Below are positions 1 through 12,116 of a DNA stretch of 64,000 nt, piece by piece (position 1 is the stretch's first letter; each line of letters starts with the position of its first letter). Below the pieces are notes generated by a model. That model saw nothing but the letters and a program-made list of their open reading frames with translations, searched no databases and was not told the origin of the DNA. A program made the position numbers and the translations under genes. The stretch is taken from assembly GCA_964304625.1 (NCBI GenBank), contig OZ199840.1:5817200-5881199 (forward strand), read 5' to 3'. This DNA comes from Kudoa neothunni. Taxonomy: Eukaryota; Animalia; Cnidaria.

Positions 1-238
1 AGGGAGTGCAGCAGTTAGAGATGTCAGGTACCAAGAGACAGGATTTCGTCACATATCTGGATCTGGCGACATGAGCATATGAGGGCTTTCAAACGCGCCC
101 AGGAGAAATGCAATGGTTGGTTATATAATGGGATGTGATCAAATCGTAGGATGCGCAACCAGCATCGGAGCGGTACGAGCCGCTGCCGTTTAAGCTATGG
201 CTCGCGGGTTCGAACCCTTCTCGCGACCATTCGTTACA
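1..238. mobile_element. Probable LTR terminus (window-truncated) containing a tRNA-like segment
   Basis: GC-rich block that ends abruptly at TTCGTTACA (230-238; TGTAACGAA on the minus strand, a typical LTR TG...CA end). Contains TATATAA at 122-128, an A-box-like CGGAGCGGT (~166-174), B-box GGTTCGAACCC (207-217) and CCA (227-229). Confidence 0.4.
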
Positions 239-2294
239 ATAACATTAGTTATATTGCTTATAATGTTTGTCTTATATAAGAACAAGTATTTAAGCACAAA
301 CTATCGTTGTTTATATTTAACAAATTCAATAAGAAGGTTATACTTCTTAAGATATTCAACATAAATATAAGAACATTAATCATTTAATTCAGGAACAAAA
401 TCAAATATAATATCCACACCAGGGTTATTTATAGCAGCAGTTAGAAAATTTACGTTTATTTATCAAAGATTTTAATACGTTAAATTATTTTAGTTTCGAA
501 TTATTTTATTAACTTTGGTGGTTCTGACAAAAGTTAAATTCATTATTTCCCATCAGTTGTCACAACGATTTAATTTTCTTAATGAAATACGTTACGCAAA
601 GTCAATAATATCTTTAAAACATGCGTGTAAAAATTTATGCGAAATTCCAAGTTATTTAAAATCATTAATTGACAACTTTTGTTTAATTAAAATAAACATT
701 TTATTACGTGATTAGATGTTGATGTCAATATAAAATGTCTTTTTGATTGGATGTTTGATTAACTAAATTTATTTCTATATTAATTTTCTGTTTTGTTAGA
801 TAAAGTAATAACAAAATTTGTTTCGTTGACTGTAAATATTATGACTAGCATACAAGGATAATAACAAGCATAGTTGGGATGTGCAAATTATATTTACATG
901 AAACGTCTACAAACACATTATTTCGTATAATAAAAATCTCTAAACTCATATGAATTGATAGTATTATTTAATAAATTCTTTCCTTATGAGAATTCCGGTC
1001 TAATAATGCTGTCAATATCTAGATTTGGGTTATTAAAATGGCGAGTGAACTCAACTGTTTGAAAATAGCTTCAAGTTTTAATAGTTAATTTAAACATAAA
1101 GTGTACTTTTTAAATATCCTCTTTGCACTTAAATATTTTGCGAATAATCTTATTTAAATATTGAATAATTAAAAATAAAAAAAAACTATTAAGTATAACT
1201 GCTGTGCCATGAAATTAAATGAATAGTCACGTGTCTAAAATTTAATGGATAGAAAAATTGACTCCAATCTGTATCAGATTTTCAAGTTAAAGAATTCCTC
1301 GCGAGCATCATAAACGAACGAACTAAAGAGTGAATATTGCTCAATCGGAACACGTGTTGATCATTTCAGCTCGCATGATGAGTTAAGTTTTTACCGTTTT
1401 CCATCTTGAAGTGTGCTGTTATTTATAAAACAAAAATATGTAACTTAATTCAATGTAATATTTTTATTACATCAATATAAAGCGATTCTAAATGTTAAAG
1501 TAACATTTTCTATCTCGAGGGTTTTGTATGCGGCATGGTTCCAAGTTTTCCTATGCCGTCCAAATTAGTCAAAAAATTTTTCATGAACCATATGTGAGTC
1601 ATATTATATATTGAAAGATTATAACTAATATCCTATTGAAAATGATTTTAAAATCCAGGTTTCATTTATCTAAGAATTTAGCCGTAAGTATATAAAGTTC
1701 AGTTAAAATACATATGAGTTCATAATTATTTTTATAGATTCTATGATGACTTCTACATATTCCAAATAACGTTTGATTAAGACCGTTAATATTTATCAAC
1801 CATTTGTCAGGTCCGGGTTTAAAAATTACCCATAACTGTACATGGGATTAATCATTTTCCCGAAGAACTGACGATTTTGGGGATATAACAACATTTATTT
1901 GTACTAGGATTAAATGGCCATTACTTAATAATCTTATAAGCTTTTAAAAATTCCATTCAAAATTTCAATTTATTGATAACCACACCATTGAGTATTAATC
2001 ATCTTATGTAATATTAAATTTTATCTAACAAAGAACCATAACAAAGTTTAATTAAGGCGCATATTTCTTTACTAATAATATCACTGCTATCAATACGATT
2101 CAGAATATAATACAATATATTTATGTGAAATATTCTGAATATGTCTGCTCGGTGTTTGTCTAACGAATCAATTTAGGATATACTACTTAATAACCTTATT
2201 TGGTAGATTGGAGATGTATAGCATGTATTATCGCCTACATTGGCCACAATATATCAAAATATATAGTTTATTAGGTAAGAAAATGTAACATCCA

Positions 2295-5200
2295 ATGTTA
2301 TTTAACATTAATTTAGCAACGGTTCTGCTTATTGGATCGATACCTTGTAAGGCTAACGCAGTTGGAACAACAATTGATAATGATTCATGTCCTCAATATA
2401 TCAAACTAAAAGATGATTATCTAAAGTTACATAAAGATGTCACTGAAATAAATGAGAAGGTCAAAAATAAATTGCATACACTTTTACCAATATATGAAAA
2501 TTACGTAACCGATAAGGATACCTATAATGAAAAACTATTTTATAAACACACTTATCAGAATACTCTATTGATGTATGATAGATACAACTGTTATAGAGTG
2601 GAACCTTTCAAAAGTTTGGGACTAAAATATATACAAGAACGAAAACAAGTGGACGATATAATGAATCTTGCAAAGGGTACTGTTTATAATTGTTTTAGAG
2701 ATTTAGAAAAAACTGCCGAGTTTGTTAACCCATTGAAACAGCTTAATGGTACAAATAGTGGTTTAGTATTGGATAATAAATTTTATCAACAAATTAAAGA
2801 CAGCAACTTTAAGCCATGCTCTGGAAACGAACTTAATAAATTTTCAGATGTTATCCAAATAGGGCGTGATTTTGTGAGTAAAGCTGCCGGTTATATATCC
2901 GAAAGAAATAACCTCCTAAACAAACAATACAAATGCAGTATAAACCCAACAAGTTTGCTAAAAGACTTTTTACCTAAGCATGAGACACTCGAAAGAACTA
3001 TATTTGGGAAAATGGCCCCACCAATGAAAAAATACATGGATGGTGTTAAGGATGAACTAAAAGCTGTATTGTTGAAATATAACGCAGAGTCATATGCCCA
3101 ACATTTGAAGAATATCGAAAGCCAAAGTACTCGTTTGAACGATATGAACTTCTCTGGCACAGTAATCAATTTGGATTTACAAGTGGAAGAAAATTTTCTA
3201 CAGTCTACACAAAACCATCTAAGTACAACAAAATCGCATATATCCGGTGCGTTATCGAATAAACTGGAGCAAAAAATATCCACGATTCGAGAACAACTTG
3301 AACTGATCAAAACACACGATACACAGGCTCAACATAACGACGTTACACATCAAAATCTGGTAGAACATATAAAACAATTGATTAAAATTACTAATGAAGC
3401 TGCTAACAGTGTAAAAAAAATTACAGATACTGCTCAAGATTACATAAACAAAATTGATGGCCTTGAATCGCTAACAGGAGATAAAAGGTATGTCTTTGGA
3501 GCCAAAAAATTGGAATATAATATCAGAATATTTTTAAAACAAGAATTCAAAAAATTTGATGGAGACTTCGATGGGAAGTATGGAAATATCAATTCAAAGA
3601 TAAACGACACAAACGAACAATTTACTTCACTCAGCAATTCATACAAATTGATTAGTAAAAATCAAGGGTCTTACACTACGAGTTATCAAAGTGTAAAGTC
3701 GGATATTAGCCATATCACTTCAAATGAAATTCCAGAATATATTAAGAAGACCAACCTTGAATTATTGAATGAAAAACTGCCCTCCAAAAGTGTTACTATC
3801 ACCTTAAATTCAATTGGCGAAAATGGAAAATACTTAAGTGATAATGTAAATTCATATGAGAGTTTGTTAGGAAAAAATGAACTTAACTCAGTCATGCAAA
3901 AATTACGAGAGGCAAAAGAAACCTTGGAGGGTTTAAAAAGCGACAATGATGTATTTAAAGAATATCTATTAAAAACCGATACATCATTAAAGTCTGATGG
4001 ACACAACATTGCAACCTTCTTTTCTCGTACTAGCAACACTGTTAGTGCTGAAATCGAAAAACTGGATAAGACGATTGCTGAGTTGAATTCAAAAATCTCT
4101 GCTGAAAAATCTAATATCCAAACCTTGAAAGCTAATTTGGATAATGTCAATAAAAGGGAGCAAACGTTAACACAACTATACTCTCAGATATCGTCTTCGA
4201 GGTCGGCTATGTTAGATATGCTTGGAAAGAATCCAGATGAATTCAATTCTCTGATTTTGAAACAGACCGAAAGTTTAACTTTTTCAGATGATCTTGCTAA
4301 ACTTAGCAAAGATTTTAATGGATACTTAGAACAAGCTTCGACTCTAAAAAAGGTTATTGATGAAATTTCCACTCAAACCAGCCGTGTCACATCAATGGCT
4401 GATGAAGTTGTTACAACAATCAGTAATACAAAACAGGCTCATTCAAATACTGTGCAATCTCTCAAATATGGAATAGAATCCGTTACGGATCCTAAACTGG
4501 ATGAAATACAGGGAATTATAAATCAGATTCAACAAAGTCTCAAACAATACGGTGATATCATCGCAACTTCCAAAAATGAAAAATTGTCAAATCAAGGCTA
4601 CTATGATAACTCGGTCAAAAATGGAGAAGACTTAATTTCAGAAATTTTGAACATTAATAAAAATGAAAGGATTTCAAGACTACTCAAAAATGACCTCTCC
4701 ATTTCAACCACATTCGGTAAGTTCCATGATTTACTCAGCGAATTCGAGGCTGAAATTAATGGTAGTACTAAAGAGTTGGAATCCCATGATTTAACTTACA
4801 AGAACCTGATTGAAAGTTTCGGTCAGAATAAAGTTGAATTAAATGGTAATTTAACTGAAATGAAAACTTTATTAATGATCTACAAAATCGACGAAAATAA
4901 TGACTCCATAAATTCGAATAATAGAATGATTGAACAATTTGGTTCAATTAACACTAATCTGAAGGAAATGTACGATATGGTCAAATCTAATCTTAAAGCA
5001 ATAACTCAACAAAAGGATGAATTAATCGATCTTCAAAATACTTTAACTAAAGATCTAAAAACTTTAACTGATAACCACGAAAAAATGTCTCAATCTATTT
5101 TGATGGAAAAATCGAATCACAATGATTACTTTGAGAAACTTCACTCGGTGCAAAGAACCACTGCTATTATCACTTCCGGAATTAATCTTTTGAAAGAAAA

Positions 5201-6122
5201 AAGATCAAAACTTGAGGCATTTGTGACATCACAAGAAACTCAATATATACAAGAGAGTGGCCTTAGTGACAACAAAAAGAGTCAAATCACAGAATCTAAT
5301 GAAAATAAAATTAAAGAAATGAAGCGAAAGAAAGAAGATGTAAACGAAATATTCAAAAGTTACAAAGACTTACACCAATTAACAATTAATAAATCTAACT
5401 CTATGGGTACGGACCCTCTAACTGAATTAAATAACAAATTCGATAATCTCCAGAAAATGAAAGAAGGTATAGATGGTCAATTTGATGAAATGATTACTCA
5501 TGCGGAAGGTCATATGGAAATTGTGAAAACTCATTATGATAACGAAAAACAGAAGCTTGAACAAATGTTTAACAATAGAAAGACATCATCCGACGAATTA
5601 TTAACAAAAGTGAAAACTTTAGTGGAACAATTTTTGTCCATGACCCCAGATGATAAATCGGATGATATTTCTACAAAGTTAAATAGATTGGTGGCCGAAA
5701 TTGATAGCTATCTTGAAGTAAATAAAGAAATGCCAAAAATGTCAGAACACACCCAAGAGATGGAAATTAAATCTATTTCTGAAATTCCTGTATTTAAACA
5801 AAGGTTGAACGAGGCAATTACACATGAGAAAGACTTCACTAATTCCTTAGAGCAAAATATATCTTCCAAAGCTGAACAACAACATGTACACGATGATAAC
5901 GTGGTTGTAGAACCTATTGATGATATAATTGATAAATCTATGAACTACGAAGTTCAAGGAAACTCTATGAATATCGTATCCAATGATTACTTCAAACATA
6001 TCATGACAATTGGGACGGTATCTCTGCTTGCACTGATTATCATGGGTGCAATCATAAGATACAAAAGTATGAAGAAAAACGAAATCTACAACAAGTGTGA
6101 AAATATATACGTTAAAGCTTAG
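2295..6122 (+). CDS. Orphan 1275-aa type I membrane protein: signal peptide, Cys-containing N-terminal domain, long coiled-coil stalk, C-terminal TM helix, short Tyr-containing tail
   Basis: Uninterrupted 3.8-kb ORF in AT-rich DNA. Hydrophobic N-terminus ending ANA; five Cys in the first ~215 aa after the signal; heptad-rich K/N/E/Q/L body; TM IMTIGTVSLLALIIMGAII followed by RYKSMKK; tail ends ENIYVKA. Confidence 0.85.
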   Translation: MLFNINLATVLLIGSIPCKANAVGTTIDNDSCPQYIKLKDDYLKLHKDVTEINEKVKNKLHTLLPIYENYVTDKDTYNEKLFYKHTYQNTLLMYDRYNCYRVEPFKSLGLKYIQERKQVDDIMNLAKGTVYNCFRDLEKTAEFVNPLKQLNGTNSGLVLDNKFYQQIKDSNFKPCSGNELNKFSDVIQIGRDFVSKAAGYISERNNLLNKQYKCSINPTSLLKDFLPKHETLERTIFGKMAPPMKKYMDGVKDELKAVLLKYNAESYAQHLKNIESQSTRLNDMNFSGTVINLDLQVEENFLQSTQNHLSTTKSHISGALSNKLEQKISTIREQLELIKTHDTQAQHNDVTHQNLVEHIKQLIKITNEAANSVKKITDTAQDYINKIDGLESLTGDKRYVFGAKKLEYNIRIFLKQEFKKFDGDFDGKYGNINSKINDTNEQFTSLSNSYKLISKNQGSYTTSYQSVKSDISHITSNEIPEYIKKTNLELLNEKLPSKSVTITLNSIGENGKYLSDNVNSYESLLGKNELNSVMQKLREAKETLEGLKSDNDVFKEYLLKTDTSLKSDGHNIATFFSRTSNTVSAEIEKLDKTIAELNSKISAEKSNIQTLKANLDNVNKREQTLTQLYSQISSSRSAMLDMLGKNPDEFNSLILKQTESLTFSDDLAKLSKDFNGYLEQASTLKKVIDEISTQTSRVTSMADEVVTTISNTKQAHSNTVQSLKYGIESVTDPKLDEIQGIINQIQQSLKQYGDIIATSKNEKLSNQGYYDNSVKNGEDLISEILNINKNERISRLLKNDLSISTTFGKFHDLLSEFEAEINGSTKELESHDLTYKNLIESFGQNKVELNGNLTEMKTLLMIYKIDENNDSINSNNRMIEQFGSINTNLKEMYDMVKSNLKAITQQKDELIDLQNTLTKDLKTLTDNHEKMSQSILMEKSNHNDYFEKLHSVQRTTAIITSGINLLKEKRSKLEAFVTSQETQYIQESGLSDNKKSQITESNENKIKEMKRKKEDVNEIFKSYKDLHQLTINKSNSMGTDPLTELNNKFDNLQKMKEGIDGQFDEMITHAEGHMEIVKTHYDNEKQKLEQMFNNRKTSSDELLTKVKTLVEQFLSMTPDDKSDDISTKLNRLVAEIDSYLEVNKEMPKMSEHTQEMEIKSISEIPVFKQRLNEAITHEKDFTNSLEQNISSKAEQQHVHDDNVVVEPIDDIIDKSMNYEVQGNSMNIVSNDYFKHIMTIGTVSLLALIIMGAIIRYKSMKKNEIYNKCENIYVKA

Positions 6123-6869
6123 TTATATTTTTAGTTATATTAGAAATTACTTGGGTATCATACGTGATAACCTGTATTAGGATAGATTATAGTATTGTTT
6201 GATTCGGTATTGAATTTTTGGAGCAATATTTTCGTCATAATTGTTGTCAATATTGCTAAAAACTTTAAAAATACTTCAATAATTTTGGAAGAAAATTAGT
6301 AGGATGTGATGAGTATTCATAAAAATTAATTATCACCGAAAATAGGGAATTATTCAAATTATTAATGCTTAATTAAATAAACTTAGCGCTTCATTGTCTA
6401 GTTTTATCGTCTAAAGCAGTAATCTCTAAACCTTTCGATTAGCAGAGAGAAGATTGTTGTTTTAAGAGATACTAGGTTGAAGTAGAAAACTAATACCTAA
6501 GTAACATCAGATGCAATTTAAAATTAATTTAGTTTATTTCATGCACAAATTCAAATTATATGGCTTTATTATTCTTAAACTTTAACCCATTTGAGTTTTA
6601 TGTATCAAAAACGATGCACCAATATTTCGAATGTACATCTATATATCTACTTCTTTTCCATTTTAGTTCAAGTAAAAAATAAAAATTGTTATAATATAAC
6701 GATATAAATGTATAATTATTTGTTTGCAAGTTTACTGATTCTTTTTTTTGCCGTCCGTTTAAGTGTTGACATAAGAACGAAAAATGTTTCAGTTGCGCCA
6801 GAAGAAACTAATATTGCCAAAATATATTATCATTTTTCGTACGTTCTTGTTGTGAGCGATAGAAATGGA

Positions 6870-7690
6870 TTTTTTCACTCTCAAACACTGATTTAACGCT
6901 TTTAGAAGATTTCTGTATTCTCAAAAGAGATAATGAAAAATTCGTTTCTTGTATGCAAAACTTAGGATTTCTCCCAAAAGAGAGAACTTGCGAAAAATGC
7001 AATTTAATAACGAGCCTGGGAAAGATACTGCAGTTGATGGTTATAGGTTCCGATGTATCATATGCCGGGGAAGAATAAGCCTACGTAGAGGAAAATTTTT
7101 CGAAGGTTCCAAACTGCTCCTATGGCAAATATTCTTGCTAATGTATTTGGATGTTTTTGATATTCAAATGTCATATAATGTGCTAATGAGTCAGCTTCAA
7201 ATTGGTTCCATTGAAACAATAGTTAACTGGAAAATCAACATTAGAAAAATCTATGTAGAATATTTAAATTTGTTCGGGATTCGAATTGAAGGAATGGATG
7301 TCATTGTGCGGATCGATGAATGCAAAATCTGTAAAAGAAAATATCATCGGGGAAGGGTTCTTGTTAACCAAAACGTTTGGATTATTACCACTTTTGTGGC
7401 CACTGGTTCCATAATATGGACAGGCATGTGTTGTGGCTATAGTTCGCTTGAATCTCTTGTTATAAACATAAATCTGTAAACCACAGCGTTCAATTTAAAA
7501 CTAGCGATGGCGTCCACACTAATAAAATCGAAGCCATTTGGGGCGCATTTATCGTAATTTTCGGCATATAGCCAATAAGAAATCTGAAATAGTAGGTTCT
7601 TATTTGGCAGTCCACCAATTTAAAAAAGTTAAAAACAATCGGTTTTCTTCCTGTATAGGAGTTATCAACCAAAATTACCAACATTCGAAT
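6870..7690 (+). mobile_element. Degraded Merlin/IS1595 (ISXO2-like) transposase remnant
   Basis: Motifs VIVRIDECKICKRKYHRGR, GSIIWT and DGVHTNKIEAIW; stops, frameshifts and an internal deletion. Termini not found, so coordinates are approximate. Confidence 0.8.
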
Positions 7691-8422
7691 TGATTATTAT
7701 CGTTTTTAATGTTCTTTTTGCTAACCCGATAGCGAAAAGTGCCGAAGGTTACCCACTAAACCGTACTCTAGGCGAGATGTGAGATGTGGTTGACGTTGAA
7801 CGACGTCCCTGCTGAGGATTGTACTGCGTACGCATTACTTGTGCTCTCTAATCCTATCTATGAGAGGGTTACTTCGGCGGGTATTTCGGAATCTTCCGAA
7901 TTTGGTGAACTTAGAAAGTGTCTATTTGCACAAAAAATATGTATATGCGAGGATTAACGGGTTAATTATTCTGGGTGCTGTTTTGCATTTTATTCATTAG
8001 TAATAATAAAAATCAACGTGAAAAGATAAACAAATAATTTAATCTATGAAATAATGTTAGTTTAGTTATATTTAACCTAATTTTTGACTTTTCGAGTTTT
8101 CCCTTTACTCTTCACATGTTCCACAAAAAATTTATAAGTTGATGATGTCAAATTATCATCTAATGTAATGGAGTATTCATTCTTGTCTTCATATTCTTTT
8201 GAAATATCTTCTAATTTTTCAAACAGCTGACTATACTGTTGACTTCCGAGTGCACTAAGACGATGATGTAATAGTTTGTCGCAAAGTTCTTTATTTTTTG
8301 TGAATTTTGATTCTACTGATCCAGTTGAAGTTGAAAAGTTGGTTGTTCTATTAATTTCGATAGAATGTAGGGGTTCGTCGTTAGGAGACAATGATAAAGA
8401 AAGAACATGACTATCATCTATT

Positions 8423-8504
8423 TGTGATAATTGTAAGTGCCAAGACAAACACGACGCCAAACCGAACACTATGTATCCGCGCACACCCCACTACATACAT
8501 AACA
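8423..8504 (-). repeat. 3' LTR (82 bp) of the Gypsy element
   Basis: TG...CA ends; 78/82 identical to 13536-13617; preceded on the minus strand by PPT AGAGAAGGAGAGGAA (8505-8519). Confidence 0.95.
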
Positions 8505-11500
8505 TTCCTCTCCTTCTCTATTCATAAGATAGTCATTTAAATGTAGAGGTATCTTCCGTTGTCTATGTGGTCGTTTTTGAGAAACGTTTTTAGGAGGGCT
8601 ATTCAAGTACGTCTCTGAAGTTTCAGCACATCTCCCTTTGTCAGATGTTGTACCAGGGAAACATAAATCATCAACAACCGGTGAGTCATTATTGGCGGGT
8701 TTTGTTCTCTTCATGTAGACAGGATAAACGGATTTCACAAATGGTCTTATTTTGTTATGATGTACTACCATTGATTCTCCTCCCATCGTTTCTATCTTGT
8801 AGTTTACGGGACTTGTTTTATCAATAATTTTATAGGGTCCATTCCAAACTGGCGAAAATTTGCTACTTCGGTTTTGACATTTTAACCAAACTAATTGTCC
8901 ATTTTCGAATACATTTATACGTATTGGCTTCTTATATTTATCTTGAATCTCACTTGAATTTTTTAAAAATATTTTTGCGTTTTTGTGGCATCTTGCAATT
9001 GATTTATTTAATCCATTTACATAAGTGCCATATCCACCAGTCACATGTGATTTTTCGGGTTGAATTTTGTCAAAGAGTGAATCCAGGCTAGTTTTGGAGG
9101 TTCTTCCTGTTACTAATTTGAATGGTGAGTAGCCAGTTGATTTGTGTATGATATTCCGATAATAAAATAATATCATAGGGATTTCCCTGTCCCAATCTCT
9201 ATTCCCGTCAGAAATTTTGATCAGCATTGATTTTAGCGTTCCATTCATTCGTTCTACACCACCATTTCCTTCAGGATGATATGGTGTAGTATTCGTTCTA
9301 TATATTCCAAAGGTATCACAAACATTCTGGATTATCTGAGACGTGAAATTTCTTCCGTTATCAGAGTGGATTTGCTTTGGTATGCCAAAACGGCATATTA
9401 CATCCTTAATTAATAAAGTGGACAAGGTCTCACTGTCGGTTGATCTTAGAGGAAAGGCTTCAACCCATTTACTAAACAGATCATATATAACTAGGATAAA
9501 ACGGTTTCCACTCGAGGTTTCAGGTAGGGGACCAATCATGTCCCATTGGAGAACTTAAAAAGGTTGACTTGGATCAAAATGAGTTAGCTTTTCTCTTGGT
9601 TGATCTCTTCTATATTTTCCACAAGTAAAACAATTCTTAACATAGTTTAATGTATCAATTTGGTATCCAGGCCAGTAACACCTTTGACGAACAATATCAA
9701 ATGTTTTGAAAGAGCCTTGGTGTCCACACTCGTCATGAGCTTTTTGCAAAACAACATTTTTAAAATCAGTAGGAACACAAAGTTGTTTGATTTCCCCAAT
9801 AGGTGTTTTGCAAATTCTGTATGGCAGGTCATCATCAAGGTAGAATGTCCCTCGTTTAGACTTTTTTTTCTTGCCATTCTTTAGTTGCACTACCAATGAT
9901 TTCAATTTCTCATCTTCATTCACACTCTTGAGCCATTTGGCCTTATCCAAATCTGCCAATATTTCCTCTCCGTCCACTGCATTAATATCACAATCAGCAT
10001 CATTGGTCAATTTTAATCGTGACATGGAATCCGCGTTGCCATTTTTAGTACCTGGGCGATATATAATATCAAAGTCGTATTCTTGAAGAAAAAGCTTCCA
10101 CCGAGCCAACCTTCCATGCGAATCTTTTATCGAATTTATGTAAGTGAGAGGATTATGGTCCGTGTATATTTTGAAATGATTTCCAAAGAGGTAATATCTG
10201 TAGCATTTAACGGCCCATACAATGGCTAAACACTCCTTTTCTATTACAGAATAGTTTTTTTCAGCGTCGTTTAGTTGACGACTACCATAGCTTATCACAT
10301 GCTGTTTTCCATCTACGTATTGACTCAATACCGCACCAATCGCGACGTCAGAAGCATCTGTTGCTATTTGAAACGGTTCACTAAGATTTGGTAGGGATAA
10401 TATTGGAGATCTTGAAAGTTCTTGTTTTAAAGTTTCAAATTCTCTCAAACATTCATCATTCCACTCAAAAGAGACATTTTTGTGAGTAAGTTTGGTTAAT
10501 GGTTAGCTTACATTTGCATAGTTCTTAATAAAATTACGGTAATAATTTGCCAGTCCCAGGAATGTTCGCAGTTCTTTTATGTTGTGTGGAATAGGATAAT
10601 TTTTCACAGCAGATACCTTGCCTGGGTCCGTTTCAACCCCATTCTCAGATATCACATATCCTAAATAATTTATTGACCGTTTTAGGAAAACGCACTTTTG
10701 TTTGTTCAGTTTCAGTCCGTATTTTGATATTTTGATATACGACCGAATATTTTCTCCGGTTTTTCAAAATGTTCTTGTTTTGTTTTTGAGAAAACAACAA
10801 TATCGTCCATATAAACTAAATAGTCGGTTCCAATAAGACCACCAAATACATTTTCCATCACTCTCTGAAAAACTGCAGGAGCATTAGTTAAACCAAAACG
10901 TAGCACATTAAATTCGAATAGGCCATAGGGGGTAATAAAGGCTGTTTTTTCTTTGTCGTGGTCTTCTAATCCTATTTGCCAATAGCCAGATTTCATATCC
11001 AGCGTCGAGAAAAACGTGGAACCAGCGAGGTAATCCAGGGTCTCTTGAATGTTGGGTAGGGGAAAGGCATTTTTTCGGGGTTGTTTGTTTAATTTTACAT
11101 AATCAATACACATCCTGAACGATCCGTTTTTCTTCCTGACCATAACAATAGGGCTAGCCCACGGACTTGAGGATTCTGAAATGATTCCAGCTTCTTTCAT
11201 TTTTCCTAGCTCTTCCTTGACAACTATCTTTAATTTTTCAGGGATTCTACGTAACCCTTGTCTTATGGGTTCCGCATCACATCTGATAGTCTCTTCATTT
11301 AGATTTACTCTACCCAGATCATAATCTGTTGAGGCAAAACAATGATCATATGTATTGAGAACCTCCTCCAGTGTTTTACATCTCGTTGACAATTTTCTCA
11401 TGGTGCCTTCACCTTCAAAAATACACGTATTTACAGTAGTATCAAGTTTGGACATTGTAATATTGAATTTATGTAATATATCACGGCCAACAATGCAAGG

Positions 11501-11726
11501 GTGGATCAAGTTTTCTATCACCAAGAATTTCATATTTTCTGTTTTGTTGAAGAGGTTCAAAGATACTTCAATTGCACCAACAACGTTGATTCCACTACCA
11601 TCGGCTCCCATGAGTCTTATGTCACATCTTTCAATAGTCTCATCAACAATTTCCGTCGATATTAGAGAGTATGCAGCTCCTGTATCTAATAGGCGCCGAG
11701 TTTCTCTCCCATTAATACTACAATAA
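8469..11726 (-). pseudogene. pol: Gypsy pol (protease, RT, RNase H, integrase) broken by frameshifts
   Basis: ORFs 10712-11611 (PR end/RT), 9555-10448 (RNase H and HHCC) and 8469-9539 (rve integrase, GPY). Confidence 0.93.
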
Positions 11727-12116
11727 GCGTAAAACTCATTGCAGTCTTATAAGGGCTTATAGCGACTCTCATTGCAAGAAATAACACAATACTTCAAATC
11801 ACCATAACGATTATTATGTTTAAATCTATATTTATTTCGCTCAGGTTTTTTGCAACTTTTTTGTATATGGCCGATTCCTCCACAATTCCAGCAGGTAACT
11901 AACTCTAGACCATTTTCTCTTTTCACCAAAATCTCTTTTGACCGGAAGGACTCCATTATCTTCCTGCATTGGCTCCTTTACGTTGTCCAAATATGATTGA
12001 CACATTAAAATAAGGCTTTGCAATCCAAGATTCGGTATCATCCGTACCATGGGTTGAAAATGTCCAGGAATGCATGCAATTATCTTAGGTTTGATAAAGA
12101 AAAAAGCCGCATCGTC

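Noticed and set aside
155-229. Functional tRNA-Leu gene
   Set aside because: Acceptor and anticodon stems do not pair convincingly; kept only as a tRNA-like segment.
1531-1570. Hairpin CGGCATGG...CTATGCCG as a Helitron 3' end
   Set aside because: No CTRR terminus and no Rep/helicase remnants.
2891-4372. Minus-strand ORFs overlapping the 1275-aa gene
   Set aside because: Antisense shadows of a long coding frame; no motifs.
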